Shown: positions 1 through 13,345 of the stretch, in pieces
How positions within the stretch are numbered: position 1 is the stretch's first letter
Layout of the letters: each line of letters starts with the position of its first letter
Assembly (NCBI RefSeq): GCF_009914755.1
Contig: NC_060935.1
Direction: 5' to 3' (one strand)
Length of the DNA: 64,000 nucleotides
From: the human T2T-CHM13v2.0 reference genome, Homo sapiens
Program-made: the position numbers and the translations under genes
Notes under the pieces: generated by a model
What the model saw: the letters and a program-made list of their open reading frames with translations, nothing else
The model's database searches: none
What the model was told of the DNA's origin: nothing

Positions 1-724
1 CTTGTTCTAGCACTCACCAAATTCCAGATAAGAGACACGAAGTTCTCCAGTAGTACTTTTCAATCTCTCATCAACAAACTTAAGATTAGTTCCTTCTTTC
101 CTTATGGAGGGAGGGGTAAAAGAATACTCTGAGAGATAACTTCAAATATTCCTCTCCACCAACCTCCAACTGTCTCTCTCTTTCATACCCTAAAAAAGTT
201 GAAGGCTTAACGCTTGTATGCCATCTCTTGATCACCTCCATGTACGTCCTCCCTAATGGTGTAGCACCTCAGTTTAGAATGTGGAGGTACATGGCAAATA
301 TTGTTTTATTTTTAGATTTCAGGTAATATTTCTATGGTATGACATTAGTATAGAGACAATAATCTAACTGAACTTTTGGGAAGTTGAGTCAAGGAGTGTA
401 AGCTTAAAATAATGTACCATAATATTTATGAGTCTGCTCCACTAGAGCATATTATTATTCATATACTCATATTATTATGAGTTCATGATAATTATGAGTC
501 TGCTCCACCAGACTCATCATTCAATTATTTCTTTTTCTTTTTGAACATTCTAGTAAATTTAAGAATATACTTCTGGAAATTCATTGTTATAAACTTTATT
601 GTTTTACACTATAGCAAATGAGGGCAATGCCCACTACATATTCTTTTAACTTATCATTTCAGGGCATGCTGACATCTGACAGCCATCTTTTGCAACAGAA
701 CTTTCTTTGGCTAACATGCCAGTT

Positions 725-1477
725 ATGCCCACTTGCCCAGAAGATCAGAATGGCCTAAGATACTAATGTGCCCTACACCAAGCCGCCTTAATTGATAATT
801 GATGAGAATTGGTGTGTAAAAACCCCTAGATTTCTGATAGAGTTTGGATGTTGTCCCCTCTAAATCTCATATTGAATTGTAATCCCCAGTGCTGGAGGAG
901 GAGCCTGGTGGGAGGTGACTGGGACATCGGTGTAGATCCCTCATGGCTTGGTGCTGTCCTCCCAATAGTGACTATTCACAAGATCTGATTGTTTAAAAGT
1001 GTGTGGTACCTTCTCTCCCCTACTCTCTCTCACTCCCTCTCTTGCCATGTGACATGTCTGCTCCCGCTTTGCCTTCACCACCATAAATAAAAGCTCCCTG
1101 AAGCCTCACCAGATCTGAGTAGTTGCCAGTGCCAGGCTTCCTGTACAGCCTGCAGAACTGTGACCCAATTAAGCCTTTCTTTATAAATTACCCAATCTCA
1201 TGTATTTTTTATAGCAATGTAAGAATGGCCTACACAATCTCTTACATCGTAGTTGAGGTATACCTCTGAGATACATGTTCTACTCTTTCCAAGAATTCCT
1301 TAAGAAGATTAGGAATCAGTTGCCCACAATAAGACAACTCACTCGTTATTGAGTCTTTTCTTTGTCTGTTTCCCTCTTGCAAATTCTACTAGTTTCTCCT
1401 GGAATTACTTCCTAAATATATTACGTATTCAAATTCTTGCTCAGAATCAAATTCTGAGGGAACCCACATTAAGATAA
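725..1477 (+). mobile_element. Old ERVL-type LTR (LTR16-like), split by an MST insertion
   Basis: The 3' end ctcagaatcaaattctgagggaacccacattaagata resembles the LTR16 terminus. Sequence on both sides of the MST looks continuous. Boundaries are approximate. Confidence 0.4.
835..1236 (+). mobile_element. MaLR solo LTR (MSTA/MSTB-like)
   Basis: Starts tgatagagtttggatgttgtcccctctaaatctcat and ends tatagcaatgtaagaatggcctacaca. 5-bp TSD atttc/atctc. Confidence 0.85.
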
Positions 1478-1487
1478 ACTGATTGTT

Positions 1488-2950
1488 CCTCAGCAAAAAA
1501 ACAAAGCTGGAGGCATCATGCTACCTGAATTCAAACTATATTACAAGGCTACAGTAACCAAAACAGCATGGTACTGGTACCAAAACAGAGATAAAGACCA
1601 ATGGAACAGAACAGAGCCCTCAGAAATAATACCACACATCCACAAACATCTGATCTTTGACAAACCTGACAAAAACAAGAAATGGGGAAAGGATTCCCTA
1701 TTTAATAAATGGTGCTTGGAAAACTGGCTAGCCACATGTAGAAAGCCAAAACTGGATCCCTTCCTTACACCTTATACAAAAATTAATTCAAGGTGAATTA
1801 AAGACTTAAATGTTAGACCTAAAACCATAAAAGCCCTAGAACAAAATCTAGGCAATACCATTTAGGACCTAGGCATGGGCAAGGACTTCATGACTAAAAC
1901 ACCAAAAGCAATGGCAACAAAAGCCAAAATAGACAAATGGGATCTAATGAAACTAAAGAGCTTCTGCAGAGCAAAAGAAACTACCATCAGAGTGAACAGG
2001 CAACCTACAGAATGGGAGAAAAATTTTGCAATCTACCCATCTGACAAAGTGCTAATATACAGAATCTACAAAGAACTTAAACAAATTTACAAGAAAAAAA
2101 CAAACAACCCTATCAAAAAGGGGGCAAAGGATATGAACAGACACTTCTCAAAAGAAGACATTTATGCAGCCAACAGACACATCAAAAAATGCTCATCATC
2201 ACTGGTCATTAGAGAAACGCAAATCAAAACCACAATGAGATACCATCTCACCCCAGTTAGAATGGTGATCATTAAAAAGTCAGGAAACCACAGATGCTGG
2301 AAAGGATGTGGAGAAATAGGAATGCTTTTACACTGTTGGTGGGAGTGTAAACTAGTTCAACCATTGTGGAAGACAGTGTGGCGAGTCTTCAAGGATCTAG
2401 AACTAGAAATACCATTTGACCCAGTGACCCCATTACTGGATATATACCCAAAGGATTACAAATCATGTGACTATAAAGACACATGCACACATATGTTTAT
2501 TGCAGCACTATTCACAATAGCAAAGACTTGGAACCAACCCAAATGTCCAACAATGATAGACTAGATTAAGAAAATGTGGCACATATACACCATGGAATAC
2601 TATGCAGCCATAAAAACGGATGAATTCTTGTCCTTTGCAGGGACGTGGATGAAGCTGGAAACCATCACTCTGAGCAAACTATCACAAGGACAGAAAACCA
2701 AACACCACATGTTCTCACTCATAGGTGGGAATTGAACAATGACTACATATGGACACAGGGCGGGGAACATCACACACTGGGACCTGTCGTGGGGTGGGGA
2801 ACTGGGGGAGGTATAGCATTAGGAGAAATACCTAATGTAAATCACGAGTTAATGGGTGAGCAAAACAGCATAGCACATGTATACCTATGTAACAAACCTG
2901 CACGTTGCGCACATGTACCCTAGAACTTAAAGTAAAAAAAAAAAAAAAGA
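1488..2950 (+). mobile_element. 5'-truncated L1PA (L1PA4-6-like): ORF2 C-terminal remnant, 3'UTR and poly(A)
   Basis: ORFs 1518-1796 and 1875-2564 translate to the L1 ORF2p C-terminus ([13 protein letters not shown]..., [25 protein letters not shown]) and are interrupted by a stop. G-rich 3'UTR and A-tail. Probable TSD aactgattgt/aactgtttgt. Confidence 0.95.
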
Positions 2951-3029
2951 AGAACTGTTTGTAATTGTTTTCCCTTGCCTGAAAATTGTCTTTGAATTCA
3001 TGCTGTCTCTGCCTACTTTGGAAGTATTG

Positions 3030-4420
3030 CTCTGATACCAAAGGCAGAGAATGACACTACAAGAAAACAAAATTACAGGCCAATTCATCTAATGAACATA
3101 GATGTAAAAATTCTCAACAAAAATATGACCAAACCAAACTCAACCGAACATTGAAAAGATCATTCACAATGATCAATCTGGGATTTACTTCGAGGATGCA
3201 AGGATGGTTCAACGTGTGCAAAACAGTAAATGTGATATGCTGCATTTATACAGTGAAGCTTCTGCATAGCAAAGGAAATAATCATTAGAGTGAAAAGACA
3301 ACCTATAGAACGGATACAAATATTTTGAATCATACATCTAATAAAGGGTTAATATCCAAAATATATCAGGAACTCAACTCAATAGCAGGAATAACCTGAG
3401 TAATACATGGGGAAAGAACCTAAATTGACATTTCTTAAAAGAAGACATAAAAATGGCCAACATGTATATGAAAAGGTTCTTAAGATTCATAGTCTTCAGG
3501 GAAATGGAAATCAAATGAGATATCACCTTACATGAGATATCACCTTCCGTCTTTTAGATTGGCTATTATCCAAAAAACAAGATATGAAAAGTGTTGGTTA
3601 GGAAATGGAAAAAAGGGAGCTTTTGCACACTGTTGGTGGAAATGTAAATTGGTACATTTTACATTGTACCAATTTAAGCAGTATGGAAGTTCCTCAAAAA
3701 GTTAAACATAGAACTACTGTATGATCCAGCAATCCCAATCTGAGTGTACACCCAAAGAATATAAAATTAGTATGTTTAAGAGATATCTGCACTACTGTGT
3801 TCATTGCAGCATTATTCTCAATAGCCAAGCTATGGAATCAACCTAAGTGTCCATCAATGAATGAATGGATTAAAAAATGTGATATATATATATAGATATA
3901 GATATATATAGATACACACACACACACTCAGAATAGAAAGTCTTACCTTCTTTAAAAAAGAAGGAAATCGTATAATTTCCAACAACATGAATGAATCTGG
4001 GGAACATTATTTTAAGTGAAATAAGCCAGGTATAGAAAGAAAAATATCACATGATCTCATTTATATGCAGAACCTGTAAGCTGAATTTACAGAAACAGAG
4101 AGTAAAATGGTGGTTACCAAATGTTGAGGTAGGGGGATTTGGGAGATGCTGGTGAAAGGACACAAAACTTCAGTTAGACAGGAGGAATAAGTTCAAGAGA
4201 TTTATTGTAGATCATGGCAATTATAGTTAATCAGATTATATTGTGTGCTGGAAAATTGCTGAGAAAGTAGATTTTAACTTTTCCTAATGCAAAAAAGATA
4301 AGTATGTGGAGTAAAGCATATGTTAGTTGGCTTGATTTAGCAATTCCATAAAGTATACATATTTCAAAACATCATGTTTTACTACATTAAGACATACATA
4401 TTTTGTCAATAAAAATAATA
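3030..4420 (+). mobile_element. Older L1 (L1MA/L1MB-type): ORF2 fragment and 3' end, with internal deletion near 3255
   Basis: ggatgcaaggatggttcaac and gatgtaaaaattctcaacaaaa ORF2 motifs jump directly to aagcttctgcatagcaaagg. L1M-type 3'UTR follows. Confidence 0.85.
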
Positions 4421-4499
4421 AACAAATGTTTCATTTCTAAAAGGAAATAATAAAATAAGATTTTTTAAAAAGGCTTTTTACTATTTATCCATATAGCAG

Positions 4500-4730
4500 C
4501 CAAAATGTTTTAAGCACAGTTTACTAAGCTGTGGTCTCAGTACCTGATATTAATTATCTTATTTAATCTACCCAACAATATCACAAGAGCAGGCCAGTAA
4601 ATATCACCACTTTTAACATCAGCAGACTAAGGTACAAAGAGTTTAATTTAGCGTTCAAAGATGCATAGATGACCAAAGGAAGAGAGGGATTCAAATGCGG
4701 GCACTCTGGTCTGCTTTCTCATCACTACTC
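4500..4730. mobile_element. MIR SINE fragment
   Basis: Degenerate MIR core (ttatcttatttaatctacccaacaa...gactaaggtacaaagagtttaa...ggattcaaatgc). Confidence 0.5.
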
Positions 4731-5321
4731 TAAAATATTCCCTCATAGCAAGGAAGAAGATTCACCAAATTTCAAATGGAAAAAACACAGGACCTTCATC
4801 ATCATGGACATTTAAATTCAGTAAAATGCATATATGTGCAACAAAAAAGAAAAATTTATAAGTGATTTTTGATTTATTCTAATTTTTTTAATTTTCTCGG
4901 TTTTTATAACAAAGTTGGATTAATTTTATAGATTAGCTTTATCTTTTATTTTTTATGGTTTAGCTTTATAGATTAAATAATGTAATATTATTTCTATAAA
5001 GAAAACAAGAATTATTGTGTTTTGACAAAGCACTATTCTCAAGAATAATAACACCTATGTAAGCCAAGATATTTTGGGAATTCTGCATTCAACAAATTTA
5101 AGTTCCCAAATTTTGCTATAAATCTTCCCACACTGATGAGTAGAATAAAAAAAATAAGGCTTATTTAGGCTAGCTAGAAAGCAAATTATAAATTTTATAC
5201 TTCCTTTTCTATGGAAACACACATGTACATACACTCACCTCAAGAATATAACCTCTTTCAATTGTTTTAATGTTTAAAAACACATTCACATATCTGCAAG
5301 TCCACATTTTAAAAAACTTAG

Positions 5322-5913
<592 letters not shown>

Positions 5914-6345
5914 TAACTGCTCAAATAATCATCTACTTAATAAACAGGAAGTCTAATATATCTTCTGAAAATTCTTCCCTCTGTTAGTAGTTTAAGAATC
6001 TGCTTCAAAGGGAGTAGTCCTCCTCTGATGCTGAGAGGCTATTGGAATTTGGTCAGTCCAAAACTACTGCTGCTTCTCACTGCTATGTGATGTTAAAATG
6101 GAAAGCTAATCCCCTACCATGTCTACTTGGTAATGTGTCAGGACGATGCCTACCACAGAGTGAGTCTACAACACCCATTCAAGGCTTTTCCCCCATCTGG
6201 TTATTTTTATAACATGGGTTTCCAAAGTCAGGATGATGTGTGCCAAATGAGTTTAACTCAAGATCATTGTACACACCAGATTCACAGTTGAAAATAAAAG
6301 TAAAATTTAAAAAATGTATCTATCATCTCAGAGTACAGTATTGAA

Positions 6346-6411
6346 GAATGAGTGAGTAGAGAATTTTATTTGGAGCAGGAATGAGTGAGTAGAGAATTTT
6401 ATCTGGAGGAG
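6346..6411. repeat. 33-bp tandem duplication in the OR2AG2 3'UTR
   Basis: gaatgagtgagtagagaattttatttggagcag followed by gaatgagtgagtagagaattttatctggaggag (2 mismatches). Confidence 0.9.
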
Positions 6412-6441
6412 GAATGGTGAGAGGCAAGCCATGATCCTTCC

Positions 6442-7392
6442 CTAGAGCGTGGAATGTGCCAGCAGTATGTATTTTCCCAGGACCCTCCTCAAGGCCCGCA
6501 TGACCTCCTTATTCCTCAGGCTGTAGATGAGTGGATTCAGGGCTGGAGTGACAATTGTGTAGAAAACAGAGATGATGTTGTCTTGTTTGGGGCTGTGGAA
6601 GGAACTGGGCAAGACATACATGAATGTGGCAGCTCCATAGAACATCCCGACCACAATCAGGTGGGAAGAGCAGGTGACAAGGGCTTTCTTCCTCCCCTCA
6701 TTTGATGGCATACGAAGCACAGTGAATAGGACTAGTGTGTAGGAGGCCACAATGGCAGAAATGGGGAGCAAGAGGAAAGTCACACCTGTCACGTATATTA
6801 TAAGCTCATACCTGGAGGTATCAGCACAGGCCAACTTCAGCAAGGGTGGGATCTCACAGAGCAGATGCCTGATTTCCCAGGACACACAGAAAGGGAGGTG
6901 CATAGTGTACATGGTATGTCCTATAGCAATCAGGGATGCCAGGATCCAGGATGTGGCCACCATGATCCAGCAGACTCTTGGGCTCATGAGGGTCATGTAT
7001 TTCAGAGGATGACAAATGGCCACATACCTGTCATAGGCCATGAAGGCCAGTAGGAGGTCCTCAGCGCTACCCATTGTCAGTGCCAGGAACATCTGAAGTG
7101 CACAGCCTCCAAAGGAGATAGTGTTTTCTCTGCGCAGAAAGTCCGCAAGGGCCTTGGGAGTGACAACAGATGTGAACAGGAGGTCCATGAGAGAGAGCTG
7201 CCCAAGCAGGAGGTACATGGGCATGTGGAGCCGGGCTTCTATGGTGATGGCCAGGAGCAGCAGACCATTGCTGGTCAGTGCCAACATGTATAGGATTGTA
7301 AATGTAGCATAGAGCAGTTCAGGAGACCCACTGTCATTCAGAATCCCCACCAAGATGAAGCCGCTTCCCAAGGTGGAGTTCCGGAGCTCCAT
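6442..7392 (-). CDS. OR2AG2: Olfactory receptor family 2 subfamily AG member 2 (316 aa, class II OR, 7TM GPCR)
   Basis: MELRNSTLGSGFILVG start with N-glycosylation sequon; LHMPMY, MAYDRYVAICHPL, KALVTCSSH, PALNPLIYSLRN motifs. Collinear with OR2AG1. Start placed at ATG 7392 rather than the track's 7491. Confidence 0.95.
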   Translation of the reverse strand: MELRNSTLGSGFILVGILNDSGSPELLYATFTILYMLALTSNGLLLLAITIEARLHMPMYLLLGQLSLMDLLFTSVVTPKALADFLRRENTISFGGCALQMFLALTMGSAEDLLLAFMAYDRYVAICHPLKYMTLMSPRVCWIMVATSWILASLIAIGHTMYTMHLPFCVSWEIRHLLCEIPPLLKLACADTSRYELIIYVTGVTFLLLPISAIVASYTLVLFTVLRMPSNEGRKKALVTCSSHLIVVGMFYGAATFMYVLPSSFHSPKQDNIISVFYTIVTPALNPLIYSLRNKEVMRALRRVLGKYILLAHSTL

Positions 7393-7410
7393 GATGTGTT
7401 TTTTTAGTTG

Positions 7411-7425
7411 CCTAGAACCAAATAT
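7411..7425 (-). other. Putative splice acceptor of the OR2AG2 coding exon
   Basis: Minus strand reads tttggttctag|gcaac, 19 nt before the ATG. OR2AG1 has the same position and sequence (ttgttctag|gtg, 20 nt before its ATG). Confidence 0.7.
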
Positions 7426-8583
7426 ATTATCAGTGGAAGCTTTTCTAAAGGTGTTCACTCTAGCTTTGGATTGTTCTAGGTCACTGTGCATTGGCCAATA
7501 GGAATCCCATAATATGATATATTTTCCATTTCTTAGTATGCCTCTGATTTCTGAATGCTTTTATTGAAATAAACCATCAGCTAAACTGGTATCAGGTATT
7601 TTGACATGTTGTTAATAGTAATCATTTAGAAATCCCTTCAAATAAGGTATCCTGAAGAATAAGCCCAAGCAAACATCTTTGTAGATAGATGAAAGCATCT
7701 CTTTCTTCACAATGAACAAATATACTGGGGATTGGTTTAAGATCTAGCTATTTTTCTGCTTAAAATGTAGTTGGAATTCCAATTCAGTTTTTAAAATTTT
7801 ATTTATAAAAAACCTCTTTGCTGTCTTCTCCCTTAAACCAGTCTCATTGTTGTTGATTACTTTCCTCAGTAGGAGAATCTCTGGGTTCTTGGGCTGCTTG
7901 ATCACCTGGACTCTTCAAGTGCTGCTCTGCTGGAGGGAAAGAGAATTCTGGGCTGAATTTAACAGTCATGGCGGTATCGATTCTAGAGGTAAATCTAGAG
8001 GAACAGTACAAAAGGTGTTTGCTGAGATAATAAGATGTTTTCTCAGAAACAGGCAGGAATAAAGGCAATACATGAGATTTGTGGTGGCATGGCAGGTGTT
8101 TGTGTTTAGGGCACATGATACAAGGGGTGAGCTACAAAGGAGGAGACATTGTAGAAACGGCCCAAAGCAATAGCGTTACCTGTGAGCCACAGCAACACAC
8201 ACAAGGTGAGAAGAAGATTTCTCCCCACAAATCTTAGGAATACAAGGAAAATGGTGTTTCTGCTGAACCCTGAATCCATATGATAGCTCTGCTGCTAGGG
8301 GTTGGGGAGGAGGAGTGGAGTGTGAGGTCCATGTGGGACAGCGTTCACTTGGCTTGCTTTTTGTGAATGCAGTTTTTTCACAGTCGGATGGAAGACTTAG
8401 GAGGCCTTTTGGAAGAGACAAATAATTCTTGATCAAATTATTCATCTTTCCCTTCCATAATCTGCACCTACTTCTCCAACTATCCATTTATGTCCCTATC
8501 CTGGTCAACTCAGAGTTAGAACCTTTAAGTGGTAAGGTCATACAAAAACCTGACATTGGAAGGCGCATCTGATCCTGCTCCTT

Positions 8584-8830
8584 TCATTCATTCAATAAAT
8601 ATTTACTAAGGACCTATGATATCTCAGGCACTGCACTTGGGCAACTGTGTAGATGTGAAAAATCGATCCCACAAACACCTACATACATCCAGTGAAAAAA
8701 AAATACATGAAAGAAAATACACTAGGAGAACATATAAGTGAGTTTTCAGGAAAGGATTCACCAAGGAAGTGGTATACAGACTAAAGGCTGAGGATAAATA
8801 GGAGGTGGCTAAATCAAAATGGGTCAGGAT
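8584..8830 (-). mobile_element. L2 LINE 3' fragment
   Basis: tcattcattcaataaatatttactaaggacctatg...caggcactg is a typical L2 3' end. Confidence 0.65.
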
Positions 8831-10050
8831 ATAATTAAAAAAAAAAAAGTGAGGGATGGTACCGTGAAAGTCAGAACCTTAAAATACAGTACATGAATGT
8901 CCTCCTTGCACTTTTGCCCAGTGAAGTCTGGACAAGAAACCCCCAGAAAAATACCCTGTATAAAACTGTGTTTCACCACGCAATGTAGTCTAAGAATTTT
9001 CTCCTGCCTTACAAAATCAAAACTATAATTTTAACCTAGGAACCACTGACCCACTGACCGGAAAACCTTATTTGTCTGTTGACAACAAAAACACAAGTCC
9101 AAAGTCAATTCTAAGCACTATTTCTGCTAAATATTAGATTTGAAATGCCTTCATTTTTCTTGAATAAAAAGATGAATGGACAGGTAAATAAAAGGAGGAA
9201 CATAATTAGCTGGGCACATTCTTCTAGCTTCCTGCACCAGATGTTTGGACAGGATTTCAAAGAGAAGAAAAATCAGGGCTTGGGTAAGGTGGTGTAACCA
9301 GGACTCAGGATCCTACATACCTACCTCCTCCCTCTGATACGGGACTATTGTTTTCCCTTCTTTCCATTTACTGAGTTCTCTCTGGGGTCATCTAAAGGGA
9401 AAGGCCAGAGAACACACACTGGGCCTACAGAGGAAGAGCTTCATTCTGGAAAACTGCTGGTGGTTGCGGGTATTTCAAACCAAGAGAAGTCAGCAGAGGC
9501 TGATATTAAGAGGCATTGCTATAGTTTATGGAAAATGGTCAGTCAATTAACAAGGTAGAGCTAAATTTTTGGAAGTATATTTTATAAGTTTTTCTTTTTC
9601 ATCTCTGCTCAGTATATTTATTTTTTGTATTTACTTCATTTGGCTTTTTGTGTGGCACTGGACTTAGCGCCAAGCAGTCCTGCAGGGGAAAGGCACTTCA
9701 GCATATTTTAGATAGTCCTCCTTTGAGGTACTATTCATTTGGGGACTCACATCAAACTACTGGAGGCCAGGAAAATCTAGATGTAACAAAGGTAAGTACT
9801 GAGACTTTTACCAGGAGGCCATCATCAGGAATTCTAGGAACTCACGGCTGGCCAATGGCATAGAATTATTTTGGTTGTTCCTACATGTGCAAGATGGGTA
9901 CATGTACAAGGTTGATAAGATATAGATGGGAGTGAGTGAATCATAAAGCCTGAGGAACTAGAGAATCTGAGAAGGAGAGCAGTGTAAGGTCTTGACCCTG
10001 TTTCTCAGGACTTCCAGACTTCCCATATTGCCTTGAAACGGAGACAGAGC

Positions 10051-10420
10051 CCTTACCTCATATGGGAAGGGGCATAGCTTCCAGGTAAAGAGGTTCAAGA
10101 AGCCAAAGAAAGAAAAGTTGCTTCTTCTGGCCAGGATGAATGTAGGTGTGTGTATGGCTGTCTCTAGGATCAGAGATCAAAGGCTCCTCCAGTCACTGGC
10201 ACTGCAAGTCCTCTCTGGAAGTAGAGATAGATGCAGACAGGCAGCTGAGAACCTAGGGCAGGATCCTGCAGAAGTGAGGAGCTGAATCTCTTCCAAAGTT
10301 CTCTCATTCACTGTCCTTGCGAGAAAGTCCTTACTGCTTTGGAATGGTTCTAGCTGAGTTCTTAAGTCCAGGTCCTCAGATTTCATATATTCCCCTCATG
10401 CTGTGTTTCATGATAAAAGA
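10051..10420 (-). other. Putative 5' non-coding exon of OR2AG2 with donor GAG|GTAAGG at 10057/10056
   Basis: Aligns to OR2AG1 21450-21910, including the same donor (tgag|gtaagg). The 5' boundary is uncertain. Confidence 0.55.
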
Positions 10421-10544
10421 GGAGCACAGCAGGAATGTGAGAAAAGAGGTATAAGAAGAGCTGCTTAAAAGAGACCCACCAATGCCCAGCCTTACTGTCT
10501 CTGCGCCAACAGTGAGGCCTGTCCTGGGGGAGGGTTCATAGTCT

Positions 10545-10640
10545 CACCCTCTCAGCTGACATGACCTCCCCTGAAAATATTGCTCCAGGAAATGGGATTT
10601 TAATAAATCCCCTTGGGCATGTCTCCTGGCCCGCCATTTC
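10545..10640 (-). promoter_or_regulatory. Putative OR2AG2 promoter module (O/E-like and homeodomain-like sites)
   Basis: Minus strand cccaaggggatttatt...attttcaggggagg is conserved with OR2AG1 cccatgaggattaatt...atttccagggaag. Confidence 0.55.
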
Positions 10641-11459
10641 TTCAAACTTTACCACCAAATGAGCTCTGAACCTTGAGGCCTTGTTCTGCCCCCCATGGGC
10701 TTGCTGTGTCTCACCACTCATTGGAGTCTAAGATCTTTCTCCTGCCTTACAAAACCAAAACTATAATTTTAACCTAGAAATCACTGACCGGAAAACCAGA
10801 CAGAGGCTGTTTCTGACAAAATAGATAGTGTCAGTAACCAATCTGAAAAGCAACACCTCCCTGTCCAGCCCTCTGTCCAAAATATAAAGTCTGTCTCATG
10901 GGTTCTATAGATGCTGCCACTCACATATCCCTCTTTGTGCCACTAGCCTGGGCTATTACCAACTAGAGGGAGTTAACTATGCTTCTGTTAATATCAGGTC
11001 TTCCTTCACTGAGCTTTAATGAGGATCCAGCACTAATTTATTTTTCAGTTCTTTGTTTCTCCTTTCTACTCCCTCTTGTGTGTGTTCATTTGTTCATGGG
11101 CCTACATATTCTGTGATCAGTCAGCTGAGCTGCTCAGAGCTTTGGGATGATGACACAGCACCTGCTTGCACTCACTTCTGCTTTTAGTTCAGGCTTTCCC
11201 ATCTCTCACCCAATTCTGTGCTTAATCTTCCTCATTCTTTAGTATCTCTTTAATCAGCCATTTCACCAGGAAATGCTGAAAATTTCTTCCGGAGTTATCA
11301 TATCTTTTCTCTTTGAACTTAAAAAAAATAAAAATAAGTTTCCAATTTCTGTTTATATAAAATATATACTCAAAATTATTTCAGAAGTGCAACAGAAGAA
11401 CTAATATAAAAATCTTTTTATTTTTTAATTATAAAAGGAATGTACTGAAAAGACGGTTT

Positions 11460-11820
11460 TAAACATGTAAATTATAAGAGCAGCATTATTCACAGTACAA
11501 TAAAAATCAGAAACGACCTTTATGCCCATCAACAGTGGAATAGATAGATATGCACCAAAGGGTTACTATGTAGGAATCTAAACAAAGGAACCAGAGCATA
11601 CAACAAAAAAAGCAACTTAGGAAACTAATATTAAGGGAAGCAAGAGACACCTTAGGATTATATATCGTGGTACTTCTTTTACAGTGTTAAGAACTTAAGT
11701 GAAAATAAACTTCCTATAAATATGTGTACATTCAATAAAACTACATATAAATGAAGAAAGAAAATGATGGACATGAAATTTGCGTTAATAGTTATAGTGA
11801 AAGGAGGCAGAGAGCTGGAC
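11460..11820 (+). mobile_element. Ancient L1 (L1ME-type) 3' fragment
   Basis: agcagcattattcacag...atgcccatcaacagtggaatagatagat L1M 3' motif. Confidence 0.55.
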
Positions 11821-12357
11821 TGCTAACTGTGGTCGAGTCCAAATCTTCTACTACTTGCCACACGACAGCCAATAAGTGGAGAGAAAAGGTGTTGGGGCAA
11901 GGAAGACAACTTTATTTCAGAAAGCCAGCAAACTGAGAAGATGGTGGACTAACATCCTAAAGAACTATCTAAAGTTGATTAATTTTTAGGCTCCTTTTAT
12001 GTTAGAGGGAGGGGGAAAAGGGATGGGGCTAAGACCAGGAGGTGACTGGTGAACACAGATGTCTGGGCATCAGCAAAGGTCTGAGGAGGTGGCAAAACTT
12101 CTTTGTTCATGGTCAACTACTTGTCAAGTCCACCTTGTTTCTATAAATCTTTAATCATTGTTACTTGTATGCATACTTCCTTACCTCCTTGGGGGTCTGT
12201 TTCAAAAATGAGAGAGTCATTAGTTCTAAAGTTAAAGTATAATCTAAATTCTTTTTGTGATTGGCTTGGTCCACAGTAGGAATGAGCAAAGGCAGTTAGC
12301 TTGTGAGGTCAGAAGTAAGATGGCATCAGCTACATTAGATTTCTCTCACTGTTTCAT
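11821..12357 (-). mobile_element. ERV1-class (MER4-group, LTR8-related) solo LTR
   Basis: TG...CA termini. Minus strand starts tgaaacagtgagagaaatctaatgtagctgatgccatcttacttctgacctc, and there is an aataaa near the minus-strand 3' end. Confidence 0.65.
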
Positions 12358-13344
12358 GACCTTATGGGAAGGTGAGGATATTATCAAGGTCCTAGCTTGC
12401 ATTCTGGGAGCTGAGTTTATGGTAATAATCAATTAGTCCCTACATACCTGACATTCAACCTTTCTTTCTATTTCATAGGTAAAAGTAAAGATCACAGATG
12501 ATTAAGTTTCTCAGATGAAAACTTTCTTACACCTTTTCATTGTCTTATATAGGAACTATTTTTACTCCTCAGCCTTTTATTTCAGAGGAGTAAGTTCTCC
12601 TTCTCCACTTTAGGGTTGCCTTCTCCAATTATTACTGAGATTCCTCCTTTTACATCTTCATTCCCTATTCTCTCTGCCTTTACTCCTTCATTTATGTATT
12701 TTTCTTGTATCCTAATCCCTCTCTCAATCCTTTGGTTTAGCTTTCAAAGATGATCATGACTTCTCTGCTCAGAAAATAATCCCTAGGTTTTCCTTTTCTT
12801 TCATACTATTTCTCTAAATTCCTCTCATTTTTGTAATAGGTTCCTTTAAAAATTTTTAGTTGAAAAGTAAAAATTGTATATATTTATCGTGTACCACATG
12901 ACGTTTTGCAATAGGTATACATTGTAGAATGGATAAATTGAGCTAATTAACATTGGCATTGCCTCATACATTTATCTTTTTTGTGTGGTAAGTACACTAA
13001 AATATACTGTGAACAATTTCAAGAATATAATACATGGCTACTAACTGTAGTTACTATGTTGTACAATAGATCTCTTAAACTTACCCTTCCCGTATAACTG
13101 AAATTTTGTATCCCATGACCAACATCTTCCCAATGTCCTGCACCTCTACTGTCCCCTGGTAACCACCATTGTACTCTCTGCTTTTGTGAGTTCAACCCTT
13201 TTAGATTCCACATATGAAGAGAACATGTAGTATCTTTCTTTCTGAGTTTCGCTTGCTTTACTTGACATAATATCCACCAAGTTCATCTATGTTGTCACAA
13301 ACTATAGCATTTCCTTTTTTTAAAAAAAGCTAAGTGGTATTCCA

Positions 13345-13345
13345 A

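Noticed and set aside
1518-2564. ORFs of 92 and 229 aa
   Set aside because: Disrupted C-terminal fragments of L1 ORF2p in a truncated element, not a host gene.
6454-6705. Near-identical antisense ORFs at 6454-6705 and 24135-24386
   Set aside because: They are a by-product of near-identical OR coding sequence on the opposite strand; there is no independent evidence for them.
7393-7491. 33-aa N-terminal extension of OR2AG2 (349-aa ORF from ATG 7491)
   Set aside because: It lies upstream of a splice acceptor conserved with OR2AG1, so it is probably intronic. The paralogue has no such extension, and the sequon at N5 fits the MELRNST start.
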